Assembly: GCA_013265495.1 (NCBI GenBank)
Contig: MU057701.1
Location: forward strand, 1,364,001-1,428,000
From: Vicugna vicugna
Lineage: Eukaryota
Direction: 5' to 3'
Length of the DNA stretch: 64,000 bases
The position numbers and the translations under genes are program-made. Position 1 is the first letter of the stretch; each line of letters begins with the position of its first letter. The notes under the pieces are model-generated. The model saw only the letters and a program-made list of their open reading frames with translations, did no database searches and was not told where the DNA came from. Positions 36,851 through 48,960 of this stretch are shown here, in pieces.

Positions 36851-37198
36851 GAGTCAGTCCTCCGTATTCTCACGTTCCCCCTCCATGTACTCAACCAACT
36901 GTGGATCAAAAATATTTGGGAAAAAAATCCCAGAAAGTTCCAAAAAGCAAAACTTGAATTTACTGCTTGCTGGTAACTATTTACATATCATTTACATTGT
37001 ATTTGCAACTATTTACATAGGGTTTATACTGTATTAGGTATTATAAGTAATTTAGAGATGAGTTAAAGTGTACAGGAGGATGTGCATAGGTAATATGCAA
37101 ATACTGCACCATTTTATATAAGGGACTTGAGCATTTGTGGATTTGGGTATCTGCAGGGGTCTTGAAACCAATCCCTGTTGTATACTGCAGGACGATTG
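36851..37198. mobile_element. MER2-like TcMar-Tigger DNA transposon
   Basis: TA-flanked; gagtcagtcctccgtatt ... atactgcaggacgattg degenerate TIRs; internal tcaaccaactgtggatcaaaaatatttg and aatttagagatgagttaaagtgtacaggaggatgtgcatagg. Confidence 0.82.
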
Positions 37199-38907
37199 TA
37201 TTTAATTTAGTACCATTCCTGCACACTAACATTTCCATATGTCTATAATGAGAAGCTTCCTGAAGATTTCAAAAGGTTCTTGGGTTTATGTTTGAGTGCA
37301 TGAGTCATGTAATTTTGAGTTATATTCATGAGTAAATTCTTAATCGCAGACTTATAAACCACCTGCAGAACACAGCAGTAGAATGTTGGTTTTGGGAGTG
37401 ATGACTGTCTCTTTTTGAAAGATATGGCCCAGAAGGTTGACTAAAATTGCATTTACACCATTGCATAACTAACAAATTAATTTTGGAGAATCTTTTTCCC
37501 TTAGGTCATGTCACATTGAGATATTTAATAAGAGGGATAGATTTTTAAAATAATCACATTCCCTAAATGCAGTCTGTGGTTTTACATATAAAAGAATACT
37601 TTTGTAGGGAGAACATTATCAATTTTGAGATGAAATTCTAACTTGTAAATTTAATCTCAACTTCATGCAGTTCTTTCTTTTAAGAAATTAGAGTGAGCAA
37701 ACCTTACGGTAAAAACAGCCTCATTACATACAGCCGAAAGAGACTCATTACACAGAGCCAAAAAAAGGTTTCTTTTTTATTGGTCTCTTATAACCCTCAA
37801 TACAATGAGTACAAGAAATAAAGTGTTTTTTTCTATGTTATACGTATCTGAAAATATCCTGTCCTGGTAACGGGTCGCTTAAGTTTTTACATTTGGCTTT
37901 TATAATCATGGCTATTTCCCAGTGCCCTGCTGCTCGGGAAGTTTGTCAGGTGAGATGTTTCAGGGTAGGCGCTCTCACCTACAAGCCGGTACCCCATGTT
38001 TGGGTTGGTTGGAGAAGCAACTGTGTGGAAAATGCTTCCTGGATCACATAAAACACTGGTAAGGATGTCAGGTAAACCCAGAATGATTTTTTTCGTCTTT
38101 TATTTTTTAATGTTTCATTGTAGGAAATTTCAAGTATACACAAAAGTAGAGAGGATAGTGTAATGAGCCCCCATGTGCCCAACACCTAGCTTCAACAATT
38201 ATGCATTTTGCCACTTAGCCTACTAATTTATGTCATGGCTGAACCGTAATTCTGGTCTACCTATATGCAGCTACAGTTCATAGCATCATTTCCTTGGGAA
38301 AATGCATCCTGAATTCCAGCTACATATTGGAGGACCATCCTTTTTGGTTTTGTTCCAGGGGTCATCTATGGAGGTGAGGAGAGAAACTGGGCAGTGTGGG
38401 TCTGAGATTTCTCAAGTCATGTTCTTTTGGAAGAGTAAGTTATTAAATATGAGAAAAAATCAGTGCTAGATTCACCTCTAAATTTTATGTGTAACGTATA
38501 AAGAAGGTACAGAATGCATCCAAGATTGTTCTTATTGTACAATAGTTTGCCTTTAAGAAGTTTGCCATTTCCCTAAAGACAAGGCGATTGTAAGCAAGAT
38601 GGCCCCAGGGCATGAGCATGCTGGTGTGTTGGTGCCCTGGCGGCTGCTATAAGCTCTCTGTGTAGATTCTGTTGCTCCTTTCAGTGGTCTCCAAAATGGG
38701 TTGCTGAAGACACAGTCCAAGAAGAAAATATTATAGTTTCTATTTGTATATATTTTTACTCTTTATCTATAAGAAAGTAAATAAGCCTTGCTAATATTTA
38801 ACGTACAGATCACCATATGTTGACCTTTGGCCAAAATCCTTGGAAATTATCAAGAAGACTATTTGAAATATGGATTTATATCCATTATCATTAATGATGA
38901 GCCTCAC

Positions 38908-38909
<2 letters not shown>

Positions 38910-38943
<34 letters not shown>
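38910..38943. repeat. Perfect (TG)17 microsatellite
   Basis: Read directly. Confidence 0.95.
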
Positions 38944-38944
<1 letters not shown>

Positions 38945-40821
38945 TGCCTTGATGTGTCACCTGAAGATAGCACAAAGGATATCAGAAGGGAAAAACTAAA
39001 AGTTAGCAAAAAGGCCACTTATTCTTTTTTCACTTTTAGCTACTTTTTACTTTTTATAACATCTGTATTATGTTAGAACATGTATATAATTTATAAGTAT
39101 ATATATATTATATATATTGTGGGTATACAGTCAAATTTAACTGATGGGATGTGTGATCTAAAGCTTGGGGTCTGCTAATTTATTTGCTTGCTAATCTTTT
39201 GTCTTATAATTTCAACACTTGTTCATATGATATTATGTTTACTGTGTATCAACGTAAATAGATCTTGGTTATTTCATTGGTTCATCTGATGTGATGTTGT
39301 TTTTCTGTCTAATTTACATGCTCGTTATCACCTACCTCTGTTACTGTCTGCCAGTGCATATACCTGACTTTGCAAGCTGCTGCCCTAAAGTATAGGAAAA
39401 ACCAAGAAAAAGGCCATTTTCCCAGGCAGAGTCTGTGGCTTTAGCCCTGATTCCAGTGCTTCTGGTGACACTGCTGGAAAGGTGACCTTGAAGCAGGCAG
39501 TTGGAGGATGTGGATAGTATTGATGCTCTGGCACTTCCTCCCCTAATGGGCTTTTTTTTTTGGCTGGTGTCTTCAAGCAGCATTTATGTTGAATGTTGAC
39601 TGTATGCTTGAGGCTATCATTCATAGTATGAATTCTGCCTGTAGGTCGGTCTGTCTTTCATGGGTAGAATCAAGTTTGTATCTAAAATTCTGTGAAGTTT
39701 AGTAGGCTGTTCCTGCCATATTCTCTAACTCCATCATCTGTGACATTATGTTTTAACTGACGACTCCAGTTCTAAACCATTAATACATCGGAAAGAGTGT
39801 AAGCCTGGCAAAGAGAAAATCCTGCTTATGTTTTAGCTTGGGGGACAAAAGCAAAACAATCACATATTTGTGTGCTATAGAGATGATTTTCAGCAGCAGG
39901 GACCTCAGGTCCTGGCTGTGTTCTTAGGTTTAGGACTTGCTCCTTCCCTGGTAGACTAGATGAAGGAATGATGCGGGGGATCTGAGTGACAAGCAGCCTC
40001 AAATTCCAGCACAGCCACGTGACAGCAGGGTGTCAGCCCAGGCACCCCGCACACTAAAGATAGAGAAATCCCCGTTGCTTCCTCAGGCCGGAGGGCTCGT
40101 GCTTTCTTCTGGTCAGCTCAGCGTCAAGCTGAGCAAGAGAGCGTTGGCCTTGACCTGCTGATTGGCACCGTAACTGTAAGTGAGCGCAATAGTAGTTCTT
40201 CTAGACTTTATTATTTTGCAAAAGGTTAATTGTAGCTTTTAATCTTTCCAAGTATTAAATGAATCCCTTTATAGATTGTGGTTTATACTTTCAGACATGG
40301 CTTCTAAATCCAGCAGAGAACTGAAGAGAAACCCCTGACCTTTTACAAATGGGATCACAGGACCAGTCTGTGGGCCAGACAGCTGCAGCCCAGCTGACTA
40401 TGGGTCATTGTCCCCCAGCGGCGTGCACTGTCTCCGTTTTAACAGCTCCAGCGTCAGAAAGAAACGAGGCTTGTCTGAGATGCTTTGGTGTGGGTTGAGA
40501 GCATCTCAGTTTTTTAGCTGAGCTGCTGAAATGGAATTAGTTGCTAACTATATCTGTGTCTCTTTATACCCACCCCCTTGTCCCATGTCAAAACAAAGTT
40601 GGAAAAATATCTTACTTGGTAAGGAATTCCAAGAACGGCTGAACAGTGGACAGTTGGGCACTATATGGGGAACGAGATGAAGGCCTTGGAGCTGTGGCGC
40701 TGCTCTCAAAATTTGATATTGGGCTGCTTGGGTCTGGCAATTCCATGTGCAGCTTAATCCAGGGAGCTGTTCAGGCCCCAGGAAAAAGTTAGCTGATTGA
40801 TGGTATCAAAAGGCAATCAGG

Positions 40822-40882
40822 AATTTGACACAACATTGTAAAATGATTGTAACTCAATAAAAAAAAATGTAAAAAAAGAAAA
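40822..40882 (+). mobile_element. Ultra-short L1 3' terminus plus A-tail with 14-bp TSD
   Basis: AAAAGGCAATCAGG at 40808-40821 and 40883-40896; insert is the near reverse complement of the L1 end at ~11205-11245. Confidence 0.88.
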
Positions 40883-41729
40883 AAAAGGCAATCAGGGTTT
40901 GCACTGGGTAATTGCTTTCTGCGAGGGCAGCCTGGTTCCGGATCAGTAGGGTTGCGCTGGGGGCAGAACAGGAAACTCTGAGAGAAGTCGTCCCTGGCCA
41001 GCTCTTGGTCTGAGCATCCCAATGGCCATCTGCATCCTGTATGCCTGACGGATGTGGGTCAAGTAGCAGCCCTTGTGACTCTCAAGGTTTCCTACTATAA
41101 AGCTTGTGATCTTCCTGAAAGAGCCTTGTGTGGGAGTCAGGACACGTGGGCTCCAATCACAGCACCTCTCTCTGCTGTAGATAAGTGACTAATTCAGTTT
41201 CTGTCCTGAAAAGCTTTAACATCTGTGACTCTTAAGTGTTCCTCTGAGGTTACATATTTTCTTCTTCTGTGCTCTTTTGTGCAGTTATAATTTGGTTTTT
41301 CTCTTTGGGAACAGTGACCAAGTCTTCTTCAAAGTAACCTTTCCATCTCCTTGCACTTAGTAGGATCTCATCTCATTCTTCTGCTTCTGTCTACTTGTAG
41401 CTGCAGCTACACCTGTGGGCTGTGATGGGCCCAGCAGTCTGTCCTGCTTACTTGTGCCTTACAGATTTCTTAATCCTCCCAGCCACCCTCTAAATTAGGC
41501 TACGTTTGTGTGTTCAGTGGACAAACATTTGTTACAGTGGTGATTATCTTGTGGAGTTATGTAGTTAAGCAAACCAGGCAGTTAATGGATACAGTGATGG
41601 GGGGAAGTAACAGAGGATTGTGCCTAGATGATCAGGGAAGCTTCCTGGGAGAAGCATCATCTTCACCATGACCTGAGGGATGACAGGTGTCAGCTAGACT
41701 CAAGGTGGGGCTGCCATGGGAATGAGGTA

Positions 41730-41930
41730 GGAACCCGGGCCTCATAGCTGGGTAGACTTGGTTTAAGTCCCAGATTTGCAACTACACAGATCACTTTTTT
41801 TTTTTAAACCGCTCTCTAGGCACATCACTTAACCTCTCTCACCACTTTCCTTACTTAGAAATCCGTAGGGAATTGGCAGAAGTAAAGGAGATAATGCGTG
41901 TGAGGGCTGGGATCATAATATGAAATATTA
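41730..41930 (+). mobile_element. MIR SINE
   Basis: gacttggtttaagtcccagatttgc...ctaggcacatcacttaacctctct...taaaggagataatgcgtgtga. Confidence 0.6.
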
Positions 41931-44523
41931 ATATTGGTAGTTAAAAATCATATTCATAAGATTGTTCCTTTTCTATATGCAGATTGTACCTGAGTAAAGT
42001 AGTGTTAGCACGGAGAAAGTCATTACGGCTTGAGCAGAGTGTGAGGTGGGGATCAGGGAGCCACGAAGCTGGGAAGTGAGGCAGATTGGGTCCCTTTTAC
42101 AGGTGAGAAAACTGAGGCTCTAAGGCGAATCATCATCCAATTTGGCAGTGAGTGGTGAAGCCAGGACTGGAACCCAGTTGTGTCAGACCCTTAGCAGTTC
42201 TGCTAATGTTTGTGGGTTGGTTTCAGTGGATGTGTTTTGACCAGCAGTCTTTCATGTAATCAAGTATGATCAAGGATCTGGACTCACTTAAGCTAACAAA
42301 TGATTGTTCACAATAGATGTGCAATTTAAAGCCTGGCTTGTGGGTTGAATTTATTTGGTTTTTGGCAGCTGTGGACTTTAACTTCTGGTAGATTTTTAAC
42401 ACAGAGAAGAAAATAGTAGTGCAGGAAGGAGGAAATGTGAAGATAAAAGGGAAGGAGAAACCACAGGTGCCTTTGTGTTTGGAGCTCAGCTGCTGGTGAT
42501 TCTGAAAGGATGGGGGTTGGGAGAAGGAGGGTGAAGCCAGCCCCAAACCTGACTGGAAGAAGGGAGATTGGAGCCCCTCTGGCTTTCCCATCTCCTAGGT
42601 TCTCTTCCCAGGCCCAGCCCTGCCTCTCATCTCTGTCTCCTCTAGTGGGCAGGCAGGGTTTTGTGGTTTTGAGCTATGGAGGACTTGAAGCTCTTCCTCA
42701 CATCCTCAGGTTGTCCTGATGTTCCTGCAGTTTTTCCAGTGGGAGAGGGAGACCTGGACCTGTCAGAGCTCTCACGAGCTGGTATAATCCAGCTTCAACA
42801 CATCATGACCCAAGCACATAATTGGCCCAAGAATGCAAGACTGTTCAAATTCAAAAATCAATGAATGTATTTAACCATAATAACAGACTAAAGAAAAAGG
42901 CAAAAAACTATGAACCAAAAATTGTACTTAGTTCTACATTTAGCAAAATAAACCTGCCCAAACTGATGCTCTGACAGTATAGTCCACTTCAGGCCCCACT
43001 GTGCTCTGTATCTCTTGTCCCCTTTGTAGCTTCATTGCTCTGATCATTGCCATTTCTTTACAAACACCTAGATTACACCTTCTCCCCATGGGCACTGATT
43101 ACTCATCCAACATTTTTTAATAGATGCAATGACTCATTGGGAGGAGAGCTATTCCTAGCTCATGCAAAAAATATATTGAGGTGTATAAATCTGTATAATT
43201 GACTCATAAATTTCATGCACACACAATGCCGAAGAAGTGTGTTGGTCCATTTTTATTTCCATAACACACTCAGGATACTCTTCGTGAGGCCTTTTCTCTT
43301 GTATGGTTGCTCTAGTGGGGTCGTAGGATGGCAAAATGAAGACCAGTTCTTCCTAATGTTTTGAGAGTAACCTTGGGTCAAAATCCTGTCATTTTTAAAA
43401 TCTTTGTATCAACTTCTGACATATTACTTGGCACATCAAGAGATTCAGTGCATGTTTTGATGAATGAATCAAAGAGAATTTTGAAAATTCCTCATTTGGC
43501 AAGGGTCTCAATTCAAGACTTTAGTGTGAGACTCAAATACTCACCATGGAAATGACTTTTCCTTGAAAAGAGTGACAGTCCCAACTCCAGTATAGTGATG
43601 GTTAGCGTTTCTCTGCTTATTACAACGACATGTGTAAAATGAAGGGAGTGGGGACATAGTATTTAAAATCCCCTAGAGAACATCTTTTAAAGAGATCTGG
43701 GCCACCCATAGCATCTGAAGAAGTCCTGTGGGGCTGGCAGAGTGTTGTGACGGACACTGATTAGAGCTATGAGACTAGCTTTAACACAGTTCTATTGTGC
43801 GTTAGGCTTTTGTGTGTTTTCTGTACACTTCAGTATGTTTGCTGTTTTTAAAAATCAGTGTATGAGTATACTTACATTAATGGGGTGAGGGGAACCTGGA
43901 ACACAGTTTTACTCACTTACGTTACTATTTATCTTTGAATTTTGACACACTGTTGGTCATATCTGTGATTTATTTAATGCCTAATTCTTGATCATCTTCT
44001 TTGCTATGTGATTTCGCTGAGAGAGAAATGGGGAGAGGTAGGCGTTCTCTGAGTCCTGGAATGGTAACACGACTTAATATGGTCTGTGAGATTTCAAAGA
44101 TTCTTTGCAGGTGGGCTGAGAAGAGGATGTATCTGGCTAATTGAGAAAGCCAGACTGGGTGGGATTTCTCACCCCCAGAGGAGGTGAGGCCAAGAGACTT
44201 CTTCAGTTTACATGAAAAAACTTCTGAGTTTCCTGATTTGTTTGTCAGCTTTAGAAAAAGAAAGACAAGAACCTCTAATTATTTAGGGGCATTCTCCCCC
44301 TAAATCCAGGTTTTGAGTTATCAAAAACATACCAAATTACTCCTCAGTGCTGATTATCCTTCAAGTTAAGCATCTTGTCTCAGCAACCTCTAGTCATAAT
44401 AAATGGACACGTATGTCATGATCAAGTTTGAGTTCAGTGTTCTGAATACCTGAATAATCATTTTCACATTGACTCCGATGTCTGTTTGTTCTAATTTGAC
44501 TAACGTAAGTTCTTCTCTATCAG

Positions 44524-44724
44524 GGATGGATGAATGAGATTTACAGCTATGATCCAGAAACTTACCACGCGACCTTGACACATTCAGTCTTTGTTCGACT
44601 TGAGGGTGGGACCTTAAGACTTTCAAAGCCCAATAAAAATATATCCAGGAGGGCAAGCTACAATGAAACAAAGCCAGAAGTCACTTACATCAGCCAGAAA
44701 ATCTACGACCTCTCAGACAGCAAG
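44524..44724 (+). CDS. TEX2: TEX2 coding exon (201 nt), N-terminal part of PH-like domain
   Basis: Acceptor tcttctctatcAG|GGATGG; GWMNEIYSYDPETYHATLTHSVFVRLEGGTLRLSKP...DLSDSK; donor AAG|GTGAGC; phase 0-0. Confidence 0.95.
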
Positions 44725-44834
44725 GTGAGCCCAATGAATTTTGGAAGCTTAGATGAGTGAAAAGCATTTGGAATCTTGGTTGCTTTACTGTATTTTCCCC
44801 TCTATGTGTGTTTAAAGTATTAGTGTAATTTAGA

Positions 44835-44998
44835 GCAGTACCTCTCAAAGGTTAATATGCAGATGAATCACCCGAGCATCTTTTTAAATACAGAATCTGG
44901 TTCAGCAACTATGAGTACAGCCTAAGAGTCTACATTTTTATGAACTCACAGGCGATACCCAGGCTGCTGGTCCGTGGACCACACTTTGAGAAGCAAGG
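44835..44998. mobile_element. MER5A-like hAT-Charlie element
   Basis: cagtacctctcaaag...gaatcacc...gctgctggtccgtggaccacactttgagaagca. Confidence 0.8.
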
Positions 44999-45697
44999 GC
45001 ATCATACGCTCTTTTGACTTTGAGAGTTAATTTTTTCAGTCAAACAGAAAGACATGTACGATGGTGCTAGGGTAATAACTAATGGAGGCTCTGTAAATGT
45101 GAAATTATGGATGTGCAAAATAACTACATTTTGATGAAAATATTAATATACTTCTATTTTTGAGAAGTGTAAATTATTTGTTATTTGGAAAAGCTGTAAG
45201 TTCTCTGTTCTTGTAACTTACGTGAGTGACCTTTGGGTTTCCCCAAAATGGCAGAAGTACTTAAAATGGTTTTTTTATAAATTCATTCTTAACTTGAGGT
45301 TAATAAACTCGAGCTTCCTATCTAGATCCAGTTTGATAAATTCTTTTTTTTCCCAGCTTAAATTTGGCCCAGAGTCTTTAAACACAGTTGATATCCTAAC
45401 TAAGCTGATGATAATCCACTGAACAATTACTGTGCTACTGTTACCTGAAAATCATAGATCTTTGTAAGTCTTGCAAAATTCTTAAACATTTACTTTCTGG
45501 AATGATTTTGAAGAATAAGTTATTTCTAAAAATTTATTCGAGTTTCTATAGTCATGTTATAGACAGGTGGTAATTATTTCACATTCATCATTTTAGTCAA
45601 AAATACTGCAAATTTTGCGTTTATGCTCTGCACAGTAGTAATACACAAGATAGCCAGTTCTCAATTTAGTAAATAAATCTTTCCTCTTCCTCTGTAG

Positions 45698-46037
45698 ATT
45701 TATCTTGTGCCTAAAAGTTTGGCTCGAAAACGAATCTGGAATAAAAAGTACCCCATTTGTATCGAGCTTGGTCGACAAGATGACTTTATGTCTAAGGCCC
45801 AGTCTGATAAAGAGACTTCTGAAGAAAAGCCACCAGCTGAGAGAGAGCTGGGAGGCGAGGACCCGAAGAAGCCATCCCACCCTCAGGAGGGAACAAGATC
45901 TGGCCAGCGGGATCAGATACTCTATCTCTTCGGGAGAACTGGCCGAGAAAAAGAGGAGTGGTTTAGGAGATTTGTTCTGGCATCTAAGCTGAAGTCAGAA
46001 GTCAGGAAGCCACCTGGTATCTCTGGAAGTAAACCAG
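45698..46037 (+). CDS. TEX2: TEX2 coding exon (340 nt), C-terminal part of PH-like domain
   Basis: Acceptor ttcctctgtAG|ATTTAT; IYLVPKSLARKRIWNKKYPICIEL...LYLFGRTGREKEEWFRRF (PH C-terminal helix Trp); donor CAG|GTAATG; phase 0-1. Confidence 0.95.
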
Positions 46038-46399
46038 GTAATGGCACGTGTGCTAAATGCTAATGCATTTTTGAAGGGCCTGTGGGAGAATTGAGAGAGA
46101 TTCCCAGGTAGGGAGGAAGGAAGCCCACCCTGAACCGATGACTGTCTGGCACCTGAGGTATGTTCATGGAACGTTTGCCTTGTAGGCTGATCACTGCAGT
46201 GCTTTGTACGCAATCATTTAACCAATGAGGGAACCATTTGCAGATGAATGGGTTTTTTGGTTTGTTTTTTGATTTACTTATTTATTTATTTTTGCTGTTG
46301 CTGCTTCCTTAAGGATTATATTTATTTTTACATGTTGTGGCTCCTCTGGGAGAATAAGGAGCAGGAGAACCCTAGTTATAATAAGAAGGCAGGTGAAGT

Positions 46400-46563
46400 G
46401 GGGAGGGTATAGTTCAAGTGGTAGAGTGCATGCTTAGCATGCGCAAGGTCCTGGGTTCAATCCCCAGTACCTCCTCTAAAAATAAAGAAATAAACCTAAT
46501 TACCTCCCCCAGCCAAAAAAAAAGAAGAGAGAGAGAAAGTTTTTAAAAATCTACAAAATAAAA
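46400..46563 (+). mobile_element. tRNA-derived SINE (camelid Vic-1-like)
   Basis: ggggagggtatagttcaagtggtagagtgcatgcttagcatgcgcaaggtcctgggttcaatccccagtacctcc (Pol III A and B boxes), A-rich tail, flanking AAGGCAGGT at 46386-46394 and 46564-46572. Confidence 0.85.
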
Positions 46564-46589
46564 AAGGCAGGTAAGAAGGTAGCTTGTGC

Positions 46590-47150
46590 TCCCAAGCTCC
46601 TGGCCTTCAACTTGGCCTCCAGGCCTGAGATCCCCATCGAAGCCAGGAATTCTCTGGGCTCCTGACTCACTGCATTTGCATTACTCACCATGCACCTCTG
46701 TTCATTTTCTGTCCCTCTGCCCCACGTACTCTGCTTGGAACGTCACTGAATCTCTCACTGTTCTCCAAACATATTGTGCCCTGTCATTGCTTCTAGCATA
46801 TGCTGTGTCCTCTACCTGGAATGCTCTTCCGTCACCTAGCTCAGGAAAATGCCAACTATTTCTTCAAGAGAGTCCAGAGATCACTACCTGTGAAAGTCAG
46901 TCCTGGGCTGCGTGCCTCTCAGCTCTCTTGGGCAGAAGTACTCACCCTCTTCTTTCTAAAAGCCCTTTCAGTCATGCTTCAGTTACAGTGCTTTCAGTCA
47001 TGCTTCAGTTACAGTGCTTATTACAGAAAACTGTAATTTATTTGCCTGGGTGCCCGTGTTCAAGGGCAGGGATTGTATATGGCTTATTCTTCTTTTCATT
47101 GTGGAGTTGGCCCAGAGAAAGTGCTTGACAAAAAATTTGCTGAATGAAAG
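46590..47150 (+). mobile_element. L2 fragment
   Basis: gcatatgctgtgtcctctacctggaatgctcttcc...agggcagggattgt...aaatttgctgaatgaa. Confidence 0.7.
46965..47016. repeat. Perfect 26-bp tandem duplication
   Basis: (CTTTCAGTCATGCTTCAGTTACAGTG)x2. Confidence 0.95.
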
Positions 47151-47547
47151 ATGACGTGTTTGGAATTACCATACACCGTGGAGGGACATCTAGCCTTCTG
47201 CCCACTTGCCATGTGCCCCATGAGGGGGTGTCAATCCTTTATTTGACCCTAAATGATTACCAGGAAAAAAAGAAAAAGATACCTACCAGATGTGTATTAT
47301 GGCTCTTGTTACTCTGAATTTTCTTGGAGAAAAATTTTTTAAAACAGAACCATTTAAAAAAATTATCTATCGTTACAGTGGGAGGTGTCTTGCAGGGTGG
47401 GAAATAACCTTGGAAATGTTTTTCAAACAGTCATATATATCATTTTAGCTGCTTTTCAGCTGAACCCAGTGGAGTTTGTTCTGTGTTCCATTTACTTTGC
47501 AGTCCTTCTCTTCATCTGTATTAACAGCCATCACTTTTTTGCTGCAG

Positions 47548-47795
47548 GGGTTTTGCCCTCACACAGCAGGCACAACAGCCCCTCCGGGCACCTGACCCAC
47601 AGCCGCAGCAGCAGCAAAGGCAGCGTGGAGGAGATCATGTCCCAGCCGAAGCAGAAGGAGCTGGCGGGCAGCGTGCGGCAGAAGATGCTCCTGGACTACA
47701 GTGTGTACATGGCCAGATGTGTCCCCCAAGAAAACCGAAGCCCCCAGAGGAGCCCTGTGCAGAGTGCGGAGAGCAGCCCCACAGCTGGGAAAAAG
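47548..47795 (+). CDS. TEX2: TEX2 coding exon (248 nt), linker
   Basis: Acceptor ttttttgctgcAG|GGGTTT; (G)VLPSHSRHNSPSG...QKMLLDYSVYMARCVP...SSPTAGKK; donor AAG|GTAACG; phase 1-0 matches both neighbours. Confidence 0.93.
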
Positions 47796-47834
47796 GTAAC
47801 GCTGGCTGCCTGGGTGTAGCTTTTCTCCTCTTGG

Positions 47835-48590
47835 ACCCATTTCCTCATACATGGGCCCTTCGAGTGCTTCTTGTCCCAGGCCCTGTTCTAGGCCTTGGGG
47901 ACACAGTGATGAACAAGACAGAGGAGGGCCCTGCCCTTCAGGAGCTTGTACCCTTGTCAGGGAGAGAGCAAGAAACAAATGTCAGGTGCTGATAAGGATT
48001 AAAATAAAGCCAAATAAGGGAGGATGGGAAGTGGCCAGGACTGCTATTATAGGTTGGTGGTCAAGGAAGGCCTCTTTGAGGACCTGACATTTGGGCAGAG
48101 ACCTGGCCAAAGTGAGGAAGTGATCCCTGGTGGTCTGTGCGGGAGGAGCATTCCAGGCACAGGGAGCAGAAAGTTCAAAGGCCTCGAAGCAGGGACGTGG
48201 TTGAAGTTTTCAAGGAACTGTGATGAGTCTAGATGGGTGACCGTGAGCAAAGGACAGAGAGGCAGGGCCTCATCAGATCAGATCCTGGGAAGCCCTGGGA
48301 GGGTTTTGAGCAGGGAGTCGTGGTGGAGTGGCTCTCCATGGAGAGCAGAGAGTGGGCAGCAGGAGAAAGAGGGTGGGTGGGCCGTGGTCATGGCAGTGGA
48401 GAATGGGGCTGGCATGGAGGTGGTCATAGCTGGGGGTGAGAAGTGGCTGCCTTTGGGATCTGTGTTGGAGGGAAGCTGGCTGGATTTGCAGATGAATTAG
48501 ACGAGGGGTGGAGAGAACCAGAGGAGGCAAAGATTACTTCTAGCTTTTGACGTGAGCAACTGGGTGATCAGTAGGGAAGTTCACAGAATC
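47835..48590 (-). mobile_element. L2 fragment
   Basis: gtcccaggccctgttctaggccttggggacacagtgatgaacaagacag...gtggtcaaggaaggcctctttgagga...ttttgagcaggg. Confidence 0.8.
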
Positions 48591-48739
48591 ATTAGCAGTT
48601 GAGGTCTGATTCCTCAGTAACACTGTTCCTGAATTCTCAAACTCCTCAGCTGTGTCCACTGCTTCTTAAGGTTTACCATAAGCATTATTTCCAAAGTGTA
48701 ACAGCTGGACAGTGACTCAAGATCATCTCTGATAAGATA

Positions 48740-48960
48740 ACTATTGTAAGTTGCCATATGCCAGACTGTTCACTACTTTAATAGAATTACTCAGATCCCT
48801 TGAATCGTCTTGTAAACTAGATCATATCCTTTCCATTTTGTAGATAGAGAAACCAAGGCTTATGGAGGTTTAAGTAGCTTAATGTCACGGTTGCTGGGTG
48901 ATGGAGTGTACAGAATCTGACCTGAGACTCCAAGGCCCTCTGGCTGCCACGACTGCCATC
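48740..48960 (-). mobile_element. MIR SINE
   Basis: ccattttgtagatagagaaaccaaggcttatggaggtttaagtagctt. Confidence 0.7.

Noticed and set aside
37720..37765. Degenerate 24-bp tandem (ctcattaca...)
   Set aside because: Only two imperfect copies; ordinary local slippage
46400..46475. Possible tRNA gene
   Set aside because: A-rich tail, TSD, imperfect stems and no oligo-T terminator indicate a SINE
46586..48530. 180-aa (46586-47128) and 158-aa (48024-48500) ORFs
   Set aside because: They lie in decayed L2 elements, with no recognisable domain or splice support
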